The translations under genes were made by a program, and so were the position numbers. This document shows, one piece after another, positions 48,085-59,600 of a stretch of DNA of 64,000 nucleotides; within the stretch, counting starts at the first letter, position 1, and every line of letters begins with the position of its first letter. Below the pieces are notes generated by a model. The model was given only the letters and a program-made list of their open reading frames with translations. It had not been told where the DNA came from and did not search any database. Where the stretch lies: NCBI GenBank assembly GCA_051530055.1, contig CM121342.1, positions 11,733,480 to 11,797,479 of the forward strand, written 5' to 3'. The stretch comes from Neoechinorhynchus agilis (lineage: Eukaryota > Animalia > Acanthocephala).

Positions 48085-50192
48085 CTAATTCAGCCTTGTT
48101 GAGACTCAATTGTACAACGTGTCTCGATCAAATTGATAGATTTTCTCCCCCTGAGGTTAAGTTCGCATAAAACAAATTAATAGCGGTTACTTCTTTTCCC
48201 TGGTGGATCAAGAGCTAATGTCACATGGCACTTCCTTTAATTACTTTTCGTTCTGATCCTTGTCCAAATGTCAAAAAAAATTTAGTATAGATTTGGAAAG
48301 GTTAGGAACCATGATCAATTAAGCTCAACCTTTAGTGAAAGACCTCTAATGTCGTCCTATCGCATAAAACGAAATTCTCTTAAGGACTCCCAGAGCACCG
48401 TGATATCGGACACGATGCCTTAAAATCCAACAACGATGGCGAATCGAAGCTAAAAAAACTCGCTCAAACGTACCGACTTGTAGGGTCCCATTAACACTTC
48501 TATGCATGAAGATTGACAAGACAGGCGCTCATCGCTCTTTCGATGAAAAGAGAGTATCGAAGCTGCGAAAATGCCACCACTTCAATCCGAAAAATATATA
48601 AGAAGACCATTTACTCTTTCTTTAATATAGATTAATAAATTCCTAGCTAAAATTCCTGAGTCATGCTCGCAAATAGTTTTAGAAAAGGACTAGATTTCAG
48701 TTATTCAAACGAAAAGTTCATTGGACTCATTGCAAATTTAAAAAAATCGAAACAAAGATGTTTGAAAACGCTCCGTTGTACGAAATATTGATGGAAACGT
48801 GTCCATCGGTCCTTTAAAAATGTCCTTAGAAGATAAGTTTAAGGAAGTCTTATAAGGCTCATTAGTTCTAATGGCACAAAAAATTTGTCGATTGTTATAT
48901 CAGAAACATTAAGGTTCAAAATGTGAATTGTCTTATGATGGTTTGGTAAAGAGAAAACTGAACTTTAGGATGGGGTACCGGAAAAGCGTGAGAATAATTC
49001 CTTACTATCATAATTGTGGCGAATATACTGCTAGGAAATATTTGAAAGAGGAAGCCTCACATGCACAGGTCGATTAGATCAAGTTACAATGACTGATGAG
49101 TTGAGACTTCCTCTTTCGAAATATCTTCAATAAAATTCGTTTTATCGGGGGGGGATTATGATCAGCACTCTTTAATTTTCCACCATAAACAAACATAAAT
49201 AATTCAATGTTCAAACAAAAAACTATAGATATTTTTCACTGACGAACTAAGCGTTTTCGATCAGTGAGTTCTTTTCAAACAATGCATTAAAAAATCGACT
49301 TTGCCAAGTTTGATATGGGAATAAAAGACTAACCATTCGTAATTTTCCGCTTCATCGACTTTTTGAAGAATCCGCTTCAATAACAAGTGCATTAGTTTGC
49401 TCAGTTCATCTTCGGCGTTTAAATCCAGAACCCGATTGCACATTTCTTCATAGAAAAGCTAATCGATATCGATTACATAAAAAAGGAATCTCATCTCGAT
49501 TACATACGTTTCGGACGTTGGGAAAGAGTTCGTTCCTTATCCATGGCATTCGACGCTTCATTTCACGAGAAGAGTTTGAATGCGATCCGAAGAATCTACG
49601 AAACTAAGGCATCCTGCGACATTGTTAAAAAACGTTTTAAGCCCCCCACTCACGAAATCCCTAATTTGTTGTGGGAAAGTCGGAAAGAAGCACTTCATAA
49701 CTTCCATGCTATCAATATGAATACGTTCAAATTAGCTCATTAACTGAAGAAATCCGCTCAATTCGGCCTTACAGCCATCGAATTCACCTTATTTTGCGAC
49801 ATCTCGGATTCAAAATTTCACCCATTTTGGTTTCCGATATTTGCAGCGAAATATCAGGAAAATAAATCATCGGTGAATTTTTAAAAATCAGAGGTGGCAA
49901 AACTAAGAAAAAGAAACGCTCCAAATAAAAGTAATTTCTGAGCTTGCTCACTGCCTTATCGATAGCATCCACAGATTCAGATTCGTGCTTGTTTATGGCC
50001 GAAAATTTAAAGGAATTTATTAAACCCAAGGAATCCATATTTATTCGCAAGGTTGAAACAGTTGACTGGGGAATAAGGCGGATTTTAAAGTGAATCTAAA
50101 TAAAGCGTTGAATTTAACCATTCCCGTTTCGATTTTCCTTCTATAATATGAATAATTCAATCTTCGAACAATTTCAGATTCACTCTTTACTG

Positions 50193-50531
50193 ATGGACAC
50201 CGACAAAACAACCCCGGGCTGCAAAGGTCAGAACTCGAAATTCGTTCGGATAACGTCCAAGGACGACCACGAATTTTTCGTTGATCGGGAAATGGCTATG
50301 CATGCCAGCACGACGATCCGTAATATGCTCAATGTTAGTCCTACAATTGATGAAGATGAAGACAACGTTGTTTGTTTGGATGGACTTCCTTCACACATTG
50401 TTGCGGACGTTTGCAGGTACATTTATTATAATACATATTATACCGAAGCAGGAATCGAAGTTCCGGATTTCGATATTGGGATTGAGAATGTTGTCGAGCT
50501 GCTCGTTGCGGCGGATTTCCTAGATTGTTGA
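50193..50531 (+). CDS. ELOC: Elongin C (intronless)
   Basis: PGCKGQNSKFVRITSKDDHEFFV ... STTIRNML ... YY ... EVPDFDI ... ELLVAADFLDC. Confidence 0.92.
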   Translation: MDTDKTTPGCKGQNSKFVRITSKDDHEFFVDREMAMHASTTIRNMLNVSPTIDEDEDNVVCLDGLPSHIVADVCRYIYYNTYYTEAGIEVPDFDIGIENVVELLVAADFLDC

Positions 50532-50714
50532 GTTTGCAAGAATTAGCGACGATAGAGTAGCAAAATATAGTTCGATGTTCGTTTAATTCAGTCTTTTGCG
50601 TCACGGCAGATTGATTCAGGGCTTTTATATTTAAATATATTCACTTTAGAGTTCTTTTTGAAAGGAAAATCGTTACATGCGCATATTTTCTATTCCATTT
50701 TGGGTACTTCTGGT

Positions 50715-50925
50715 GCGCCCAATGCCCATGACCGTACAGTTAAAGTTTGTAAGAATCCCTGCGGATTCTCAGATACCTCCCAAGGAGGCGGGTTCATCAG
50801 TGAGTTTCCTCCCTTCAGCGAGGTATTTCGTCTCCTTTTGTTATGAGTAATCGGCGGTTATGGATTTTGAACCCGTTGACCCAAACTGGGATCAGGAGCA
50901 TTAGTCCACTTGACCACCTCAGCAC
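50715..50925 (-). mobile_element. tRNA-headed SINE-like element
   Basis: Minus strand GTGCTGAGGTGGTCAAGTGG (A-box-like) ... GGGTTCAAAATCC (B-box-like), followed by a body repeated at 51108-51237 and about 52960-53045; no intact cloverleaf. Confidence 0.6.
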
Positions 50926-51107
50926 AATTACGGAATGTATAAGCTTTTCCACGCATTAGTCTGGATAAGCTTTCCGATTTTAACATCTTTATGCGTGACT
51001 CAGCCATAGTCTTTTTATCGATGAGTATAAGATTATTCTTTTTTCACCATGCACGACTGAATTATGGACACACAGTCTAACGATTTCGGTCTGGGAAGCG
51101 CTGATCT

Positions 51108-51237
51108 AAAGGAGACGAAATACCTCGCTGAAGGGAAAAGGAAACTCACTGATTAGTCCCGCCTCCTTGGGAGATATCTGAGAATCCGGAGGGATTCTTC
51201 CAAACTTATAACTGTACGGTCATGGGCATTGGGCGCA
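51108..51237 (+). repeat. Inverted second copy of the SINE-like body
   Basis: Near-exact reverse complement of 50715-50838. Confidence 0.85.
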
Positions 51238-53089
51238 GACCAGCGCTTCCCAGACCAATGAATCGGTGGACGGTGTGTTGGTGAAAAAAGAATAATCTTA
51301 CACTCATCGATAAAAAGGCATTTGGCTGAGCCACGCATAAAGATGTTAAAAACTTCTGATGCAAATATTTCATTGGTGTTATCCAATTTTGTTGATTATA
51401 GCTTTCACGTTTATGACTTTTTACGTGTTGAACGATTGCGATTTACGACGTTAATAAGACATTTAGCTATGTTACATCTCTTCATTGTTAAAAGTCATAA
51501 ACGTAAATGATAATGACATTTTCAAAAATCAACAGAAGTGGATAACACCAATCAAATCACCGCGAAGCGAGAATGCTTTTAATAATGAAATTTGTGGACT
51601 GATGCGTACTCAGTGTTTAACTATTCGGCGAATAACTTTGTGCATTCACAACTGTCGTTGGGAAAAATTAGTCCGTTTAATTCTGTTTCCTTTATGTAGC
51701 AATGCCTCCACCTTCCATAGTGGAATTGTGATTCCAGTAAAATTGGCATTAGATGTCATATTCTCTTTTTCAATGTGTAATCTCATGTTGTTGAGTTTGC
51801 CAAAAGGAATGGAGTCCGGTCCATAATTGAGCAGCTCCATAATATCGGGTGTTAAGACAATCCGTAACGGCTGTTGGGATTTTTATTGAAAACACTGACG
51901 GGTGCCGCTGTCCATTATTTTGCGGTCGAAAAGAAAGCATAAGGAATTTTTGACGCACTTAAATATTGGAGATGTGTCATCAAGGATCAAAAGAGCTTTT
52001 CATTCATCTATATTTCGACGAATGTTGGTCGTGTAAAGAATGAAAAGCTGATTAGATGGAAACTTGAGCTATGATCATCTAAGTTCTAGACACTTTCATC
52101 GTTAGCCCATATTGAAAACGATACAGCCAAAGGCTGTCAAAGTATAATAGCAATTGTGATATCGGTTAGTTTCGACTACATCATAAATGTAATTATATTA
52201 TCGATTACTAACCGTTATCGTTCGTTGTACCATGAAACGCTTTCGCGGTTCCGTTAGCTAAATAAAACCACGTTTTCGGTTCTACAACAGCAATCATATC
52301 AGGAAAATCCTTCGGGATGGTAAACATTCCTGGTCAAAGACAATGGTGACCACGCCGGTAGTGCTCGAATAATCACAGATATTGCTAGCAGTTCCGATCG
52401 GCCCAAACTAGTTGGAGAGGGGTTCGGAAATGAAACTTGCATCATATCCATACGAGAAGAGAATATTTTTAGATTTTTGTAAATTCAGAATTTCAATCTT
52501 TCGAAAGTAGAGAGGTCGATTGATGTCATCAGCACGAGTTGGATCAAAATATGAAAATACAATCTAGGATCATAATCACACTTGAAATGAATTCACGACT
52601 TATAAGGAACATACAATCGAAGCATCATTCTATAGTTATAAGTGTTAGTGGTTGCAGCAATACAAAATGTGAATCTTTTCTTGCAAAGGAATCGACGCAT
52701 TGATAGCTGCAGTGAGATAAAGCAATCATCTGTCGAAAAAGAAACACTGACAATCGTAGAATACTAAATGAATTGGAGACATTATCTTTTGGGAAGGGCA
52801 TTCACTATATTGACCACTCAACGATTGATATGGTTCGAATTCAATATCAATCATAAAAGTAAAATCAAAAGTGAGAAAGTTCATGGAGCGTCAAGACGAG
52901 TTGGGAAGTCAATAAGTTGACGCAACTCACCGATGACGCACAGCCAAAGTGTACGAAATGCTGCTGAAGGCAGGAAACTCACTGATGAGCCCCGCCTCCT
53001 GTGGAGGTATCTGAGGGTCCTGAGGATGTACAAAATCTTTACCGTATGCATCAGAGTCTAAGTGATTCAATCACTTCTCTAGTGCAAGT

Positions 53090-53385
53090 GATCGGTGTGG
53101 CTTCATGCCAAAAAGCCGAGGAATGGCTGCAATAATCTGATCCGCCTGTTCCTCGGAATGTTGGAATTCAGATTCAAAATAGTATATAGAGCTGGAAAAA
53201 TGACCGTTCCCGTCGATACAATGTCAAGGGACGTATGTACTTCTGGATATATTAAGAGAGCAAACGACAATGACCTCTTGAAAATCATTCACCGAACTTT
53301 AGGCCATCCTGGAATCACGCGATTGTTTAGTTACGTTCAAAATAACAATCTACCATATTCTGTTCAGGATGCGCGTAAAGAATAG
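53090..53385 (+). mobile_element. Ty3/gypsy pol remnant (RNase H end / integrase zinc-binding start)
   Basis: RLFLGMLEFRFKIVYRAGK..VPVDTMSR ... IHRTLGHPGITRL. Confidence 0.7.
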
Positions 53386-53671
53386 CTAATTCATAAAAAT
53401 TATAATTGAAGCCTTCCTCTCCACTATCAGTATTAAATGCAAATCGTTGTGCTCTACGTCTATCTCCATCAATTCTAACTGTAACGACGATAAATTCCCA
53501 ATCAGGCTGGAGTTCGAAATTATTCAAAAGCGAAGTGCAAACTAAATTCGCAAGTTGCTGAACTGAATCTGGGAGGGAAGCCACCGCAGTGGCAAGGACA
53601 TAGCCGTAACCAGTTTCTTCCAAAATGATGTAGTCTCCCACTAAAGATTCACAGAAATCTAGAATATTCAT
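53327..53671 (-). CDS. Orphan ORF (114 aa)
   Basis: Open frame with protein-like composition; no homology recognised. Confidence 0.3.
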   Translation of the reverse strand: MNILDFCESLVGDYIILEETGYGYVLATAVASLPDSVQQLANLVCTSLLNNFELQPDWEFIVVTVRIDGDRRRAQRFAFNTDSGEEGFNYNFYELAILYAHPEQNMVDCYFERN

Positions 53672-53949
53672 CTAAATAAACATCACCTCAAATGGGACGC
53701 TCTACCAAAACCTATAGACAGTGCCGGTCGTTGTCAATTCAGGGGCGGGGGAGAAATACTAGGTCCCTCATCCCGATAGATAAGAGTCCGCAGCCTCGCA
53801 AAATTTGTGACTGAGCCATTCCGTGGATGAGTCATACAGCTTGCTCCACTGAGGGTTATGATGATAACACATTTTATTGTTCAACGTAGAGGAACCATGT
53901 AAACACTCGAATTCTGATTGGATAAGAAACTGGCTATTGATTTTGGAGA

Positions 53950-54400
53950 GAATTACGAGTCCGGGCGGGTGGGAATATCCCGTCGGGTTGGAAGGTCTGG
54001 TGTGGATTGGTACTTATTGTTTCTAGAGCGCTTGAAAAGTTGGTCTTTCTTTAGGTTCATTTCAAGTTCTGATATCCGAGAAGATTGGGCAGCATGGAAA
54101 AAGGAGTGTAGATATAGGAGGGTGTGAGGTTGGGGGAGGATGAAACGAATTGGGATTACGAGTTTTGTGCTCATGTGAAAAGGGGAATAAAATGTGGTGG
54201 TAGGGTTGAGAAACATTGGGTGAGCAGGGGAAAATCAACTGTACAAATTTTAGATGCTCATCTATGAAGCGTTTCAAGGCGACGGATTTGAAATTGGGAA
54301 AGGTTGCAGAAGACGGGATCCCCCTAGGCGAGGGAAGGTAAAATAAAGCTGTAGTAAAATTTGTAGAGGTCGTGTGAAGGGATTCCTAAATGTCGGAAGC
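53950..54400 (-). mobile_element. Probable decayed LINE (CR1/L2-like) 3' end
   Basis: Strong strand purine skew; minus-strand peptides YYSFILP ... GIPSSATFPNFKS.ALK resemble LINE ORF2 tails. Confidence 0.35.
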
Positions 54401-55720
54401 GTTTGAGGAGATGAATATTGAACGTCATTTTATCTTGCTGTCTTCAAAGCAATGGACAAATCTCCATAATGATGCTACTCAATTTTGGCTATACGATCAA
54501 CGACATTCATAGTGACTAATGAAAACCCTCTATCCTCACAAGCGATTTTCTAAACTGGGATTATGGCGTCCTGATCTTCGTCTTCGAATATAGCGAACCC
54601 CTTATATCCGTCTATCCTCCCAGGTATGATAGACTCCCAATCCTCGCGCCAATCACGCGATGTCAAACGATCAAGAAGCAGGAGAACGACCCTCGTGGTA
54701 TTCAATACCAGAATCCAAGTCATAAAACTCATAGTCGATAGTTTTCAAATGCTAAACAAGCTTTCCAAGCCTGGTGTCAGGAGTCCGTTTCAATCCTAAC
54801 TCTACGACAGATCGTACTTCCTGAAATACGAATTGCTTTACGATATAAATATCTCGCAAGTCATTTGATAATCTCTTGGACTACGCAAATGATGTCGGAT
54901 TGCCATTGAGAGCATGCATCATTGAATTCCACTGCTCAGATCTCAGAAAGACGGCCAACATGAGACTTGTTATGGTGTTGAACCAGCCTGAAGAAGGAGT
55001 AAAACTTCGAAATATTGGTCCCAAATTGCTTACAACAGTTCCCCACCGTCGATTATAAATTGGTCAGATTTTTTCCTGGTATAGTAGAAAGTAAGACTAT
55101 GTTGACATTCAGTTACTATCCGTCGGTAAGTTTACGAAACAGTCGCAAGTAAGATGAGAGGTGAACTCATTTATAAATGATCACCGAGATTTTCTGTGAA
55201 ATTACGGGGAGTGATGCAAGTGTAAAAGTGGTAATTACCTTGAACTGACAACGAAAATATTGCTCATTTAGCATTATATTTATCCAGACATTCTACTAAT
55301 CTACGAATAATTAATAGTGGGGCAGAATTAGATAGCAATAAATTTTTGATATGAAGTTGTAACAAGGTTCTGAACTTCGCCAGATCAAATATCATTCAAT
55401 TAAAACATCTCGCTCTATGGAATGTGCTTACCAAAAACCACCAATAAGAATTTGATCTTAGTAGAAAGGTAAAGAAGAAGCTAACCGTAAAAAAATCCGC
55501 ATAGTATTTAACTAATTATTTTTTTGCAGGTACAACATAGATTTAAGAACATTCTAGTTTTGGCCTTAGATCGCCTCAATTTTCCACGTAATATTCTCTA
55601 TTGATGATGATATTGTCCTTGTTTTTTAGGAAGTACTGCTTCTGGTTTATTCACACGAAATGATCTACATAACAATTAAAATTTGAATGCTTAATACTGT
55701 CTTTTCTTATGTGTTATGAA

Positions 55721-55981
55721 AGCTATCGTTTGATAATAATCCGGATTGTTCAATAGCGTTCGACCACGAATTTGGATTAAATTACGCGATATTAAAATTA
55801 ATCGTTTTGGTATTAAATAACCCAATGACATCCTATCGATTTCAAAAGGTCTCGCTTTTTACCAGAGTAAGGACTGATAATATTTACTAAATTATTAAAG
55901 TTGGTAGCTATCGTTTGATAATAATCCGGATTGTTCAATAGCGTTCGACCACGAATTTGGATTATATTACGCGATATTAAA
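55721..55981. repeat. Local direct duplication of about 76 bp (55721-55797, 55906-55981)
   Basis: agctatcgtttgataataatccggattgttcaatagcgttcgaccacgaatttggatta present twice. Confidence 0.9.
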
Positions 55982-56185
55982 GAGGGGGACAACAACACAA
56001 AGTCCAAATTTCTGTTAAAAACTTAACTCTTCCTTAGTAGATGCATATTTACTATGAATACTTTTGCCCATTTTTATGTTTAGCTTCGTTATTCAATCAA
56101 TATAATAAATGTAATTTTTTGGGGGTGATCAATTATTACCGAAGGTATCAACGAATAAGTACAATTAGTAATTCTTAAAAGCGAT

Positions 56186-56629
56186 TTAATAATAATCGTA
56201 GGTAATGTTTGGGTCAGGATTTCGAGGAATGTAGCCATACGGATGGGCAACGATTAAATCCCAAAATGTTTCCTGTGCTGCCGGTCTAACTGATGGATTC
56301 TTTAACAATCCAGTTGCAATTAAATGTGCATCAGTATCTCCTTGGAAAAACAGTCGTGTAGGTTTGTTTCGGCTACATTTACCCATTGCTTTTGGCACGA
56401 TTCGAACGAACTGGCGACTCATGTTTAAATATGTTGATTCCAACCTTCGATCAACAAAGTGTTTATGATGTTTAGCCAAGAATGTAAATGCATCACATTC
56501 CTGGTCGTTCACCATATATTTAAGCGGATCAATATTGACAGATCGCTCCGGGTAGAAATATATTTTCGGAATTTTAAATCTAAGCTTCTGCTTAATAAAT
56601 AGATTTGTTTCTTTCAATACCAAAAACAA
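56186..56629 (-). CDS. Orphan ORF (147 aa)
   Basis: Long open frame in very AT-rich DNA; no homology recognised. Confidence 0.35.
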   Translation of the reverse strand: MFLVLKETNLFIKQKLRFKIPKIYFYPERSVNIDPLKYMVNDQECDAFTFLAKHHKHFVDRRLESTYLNMSRQFVRIVPKAMGKCSRNKPTRLFFQGDTDAHLIATGLLKNPSVRPAAQETFWDLIVAHPYGYIPRNPDPNITYDYY

Positions 56630-59600
56630 TACTATTTTTATCGTTGCTGTTTAAAATGTTGTATTCACTTGCGTTTGTTATGCAATGTAAATAAAATCCG
56701 CAGTTATCAAATGTCTATTTTTATCGGTATATAAGTGATGATCGAATTATAAAAGACTTACTTTTTCATCCGATAAGTAAATATTATTATGCTTATCACG
56801 ACAAAGATACTTGTTATGGTAAGCGTTTCTAAAGTAATAAACGCTTTTTGTTAGAAAGGTAAAAGCTCCATCCTCTCGAATTATTTTCCAAGTCTCTAAA
56901 AAATTATTAAAGTTTTTTCGGTTTAAAGTCTTGATTTAATTTTTGAAAACGTTCAAAATATCGTGCTCAGTCATATTGAACAGTGAAAGTGATGCAAAGC
57001 TTTTTATCATAAGCAAATAATTAAAACAGAATATTTAAAATTGCTTATTTTTAGAAGCTAAGGATTCTTCAATTTTGGATGTAAATGGCTGAAAAATTAA
57101 TACTTTCTTAAATTATGTTAATACCAAAAGTGATGTTTTATCGTTTTTGCAATTCACACACAGTGATGTAATTCTTAAAACAATTTGAAAGCCTTCTGTC
57201 CATTATTTAAAGATTTCTTATGGGCACTTCGATGTTGGACACACATAATACAAATGACCGCTCATGACAACTTAAAGGATTTCAAGTTAACTTAAATGCC
57301 ACTTGGAGGATCGGCAGGCGTATGAGAGATGTAGAATTAAAAAACGACGAACTTTGTAGCCTTTAAGGAAAAATGCATATGTGGTGCACTTAGTTGTTTA
57401 AGCTAACAGGTATTTCAGCAATTGTGATTGATAATTTCTTTTCAATTGTGTACATGAAAAACCTACGACATCATCGATTGAAGTTTAGTTACTTACCTTC
57501 AAGAAGTCCAAATCGATGAGTGCTTACGTCTGCTAGTCCAATGTTTGTGTCATTCTTATAATTGGACAACGCCGTCAAAAAGTAGAATTTTTTCCATAGT
57601 TTACCAAACATGAACGTTGGACATCGGGCTCTTATATAAACAAACGGATCCAAGTTTTTATGCTTTTCTGCTCGGTATAAGTAGTTCAGAAGGTATAGTT
57701 CCCGGTGGCGCTTATATTAAACGGACAGTGATGGAAGTTTGCATGAAAAACAATAATACTCACTTCTTCGATCCTGTAATTAAAGCGAACTCCTTTACTT
57801 CTACCTGGAAATGGACATAAGCAGAAACTCTTAAACTATTCAAGAATTGTTTTAAAGAAGGCGAATTCTAAGAATCTAATTATCCGATCTCCGCTAAAAG
57901 TCAAAGAATTTCCGATTTTCCATCGGTCTTTACGATACATGTTACTATTTCGATAAATTACGTCCCAATTATTGTATTTATTTTCATTGAATGAAATTCG
58001 ACGACTAAATTTTAATTTTTCCTTGTTTTCAAAATTTCGAAACTTCTGCTTTTTGAGCACATCATTAATTCAATAAATATTTTAGAAACTGTTACATCTA
58101 TTCAATTCTAGAACTACAGGTTCATTAAGGCTTAAATTTTCTCGATCTAGTGACTTCTAGGACGATATGAAGCAAATGAAACCTTATACTGGGAAATAGT
58201 AAAATATTCTAATTCGTGAACTCTTTTTCCTACAGATGCTGAACACGCATGTGATAATCACAATTTTTTGGGTTTATGCCTAATCGAAGGTCGCAGCCAA
58301 CGTATAAAATTTTAATTAAAAAGCGTATTTCAAGAGTTGCTGAAATAATTGGAAATCCCATGCATGAAGAAATGACTCCGATGAGACTCCGCAATAATCA
58401 CAATGAACTATACCGCTGTCCAATACCTCGAAACGGTCTTCTGGACTTTTAATATCAATAAGCGTATCGCTTGGAATAAATTGGCTCGGTATTTTCTTGT
58501 ACCTATTGGTATTGCGTGCCTTCGTCTAAATTATATGATTAATTTTTTATTCTTTTATTTTTAATTTACCGTTAATATGGGCAAATTTCGTCTGATTTTG
58601 TAACATTGGTTCATCCTTCGGCACACAAACAATCCATACAGACCTTTCTACAACGAATTTTTATCGAAACGAAACAAGTTCTGATCGTACCGCAGAATGT
58701 GGATTTTTTTCGAAAAAATATTTCGAAAATTTCTGGCACATATCGAAAAATGATTTATCAAGTCTCTGAAGCGTGAACATGAATAGACGAGATTATCATT
58801 TTGTACAGACCATATCATCGATAGCTTTAAATGGAGTCGGAATCTTCTGTGATGCTTGGCGAGTAAAACCCCTAAATTGCCGCATACAAACAAAATACTT
58901 GTAGACGAGGAACTTCGAGGCAGTTAAATAACCATCAGTTTTCTCCAATGGAATAAACTCACCGATCTTTGTATGTGTAAGATATCTGTATACATTTGCG
59001 ACGGACAAAATTCCGAATCTTTTTTCTATTGGACAAGCCATTAATTTTATATCGCAACAGCGAACTTACAAATCGTGTTGGATATTCAAATGCGCATACT
59101 TTTTTTACGAATTTGCTTGCCTATTTTTAGGTGTTGAATCAACAAAAGAACGAATGCAATCGCACTAACATTTTCGGTAAATTTAAAAGCGAATTTTCTG
59201 CATTTTCGTGCCACTTCAAAGTATTTCTAAAATTTATTAATATGAAGATACGAAGTTATTAATTTACCATCCTTGTTGACGACTCTGCCCATCGTCCACA
59301 ATCGTCCGTCGGCACAAACTGCAAAGAAAATGTTTGTTTTTTAGAGACAAGAGTGTTCATTTTGTAATTTTCGTAATGAAAAGACTTAAGAGCAAATTGT
59401 GCATAAAAAATATTACATATATGGTGAAATGTATTAAAAGGTCTGTAGAAAATAAATTAAAATATTTCTTTTTGCGTTGATATAAAAGATTAATTAGAAA
59501 ATTTTCCAATCAGATCAAATATCATTATGATCGTCTTGGTTTAATTATTGAAATTTTTTAACGTATGATATCTATAAAGTTTTTAAAATTTTAAATAACC

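Noticed and set aside
50715-50838. Hammerhead ribozyme in the SINE-like repeat
   Set aside because: GAAA-stem-AUC-stem is present but the CUGANGA core is not where the topology requires it, and the pairing is not kept in the third copy.
50861-50925. Functional tRNA gene
   Set aside because: A- and B-box-like motifs only; no consistent acceptor or anticodon stems.
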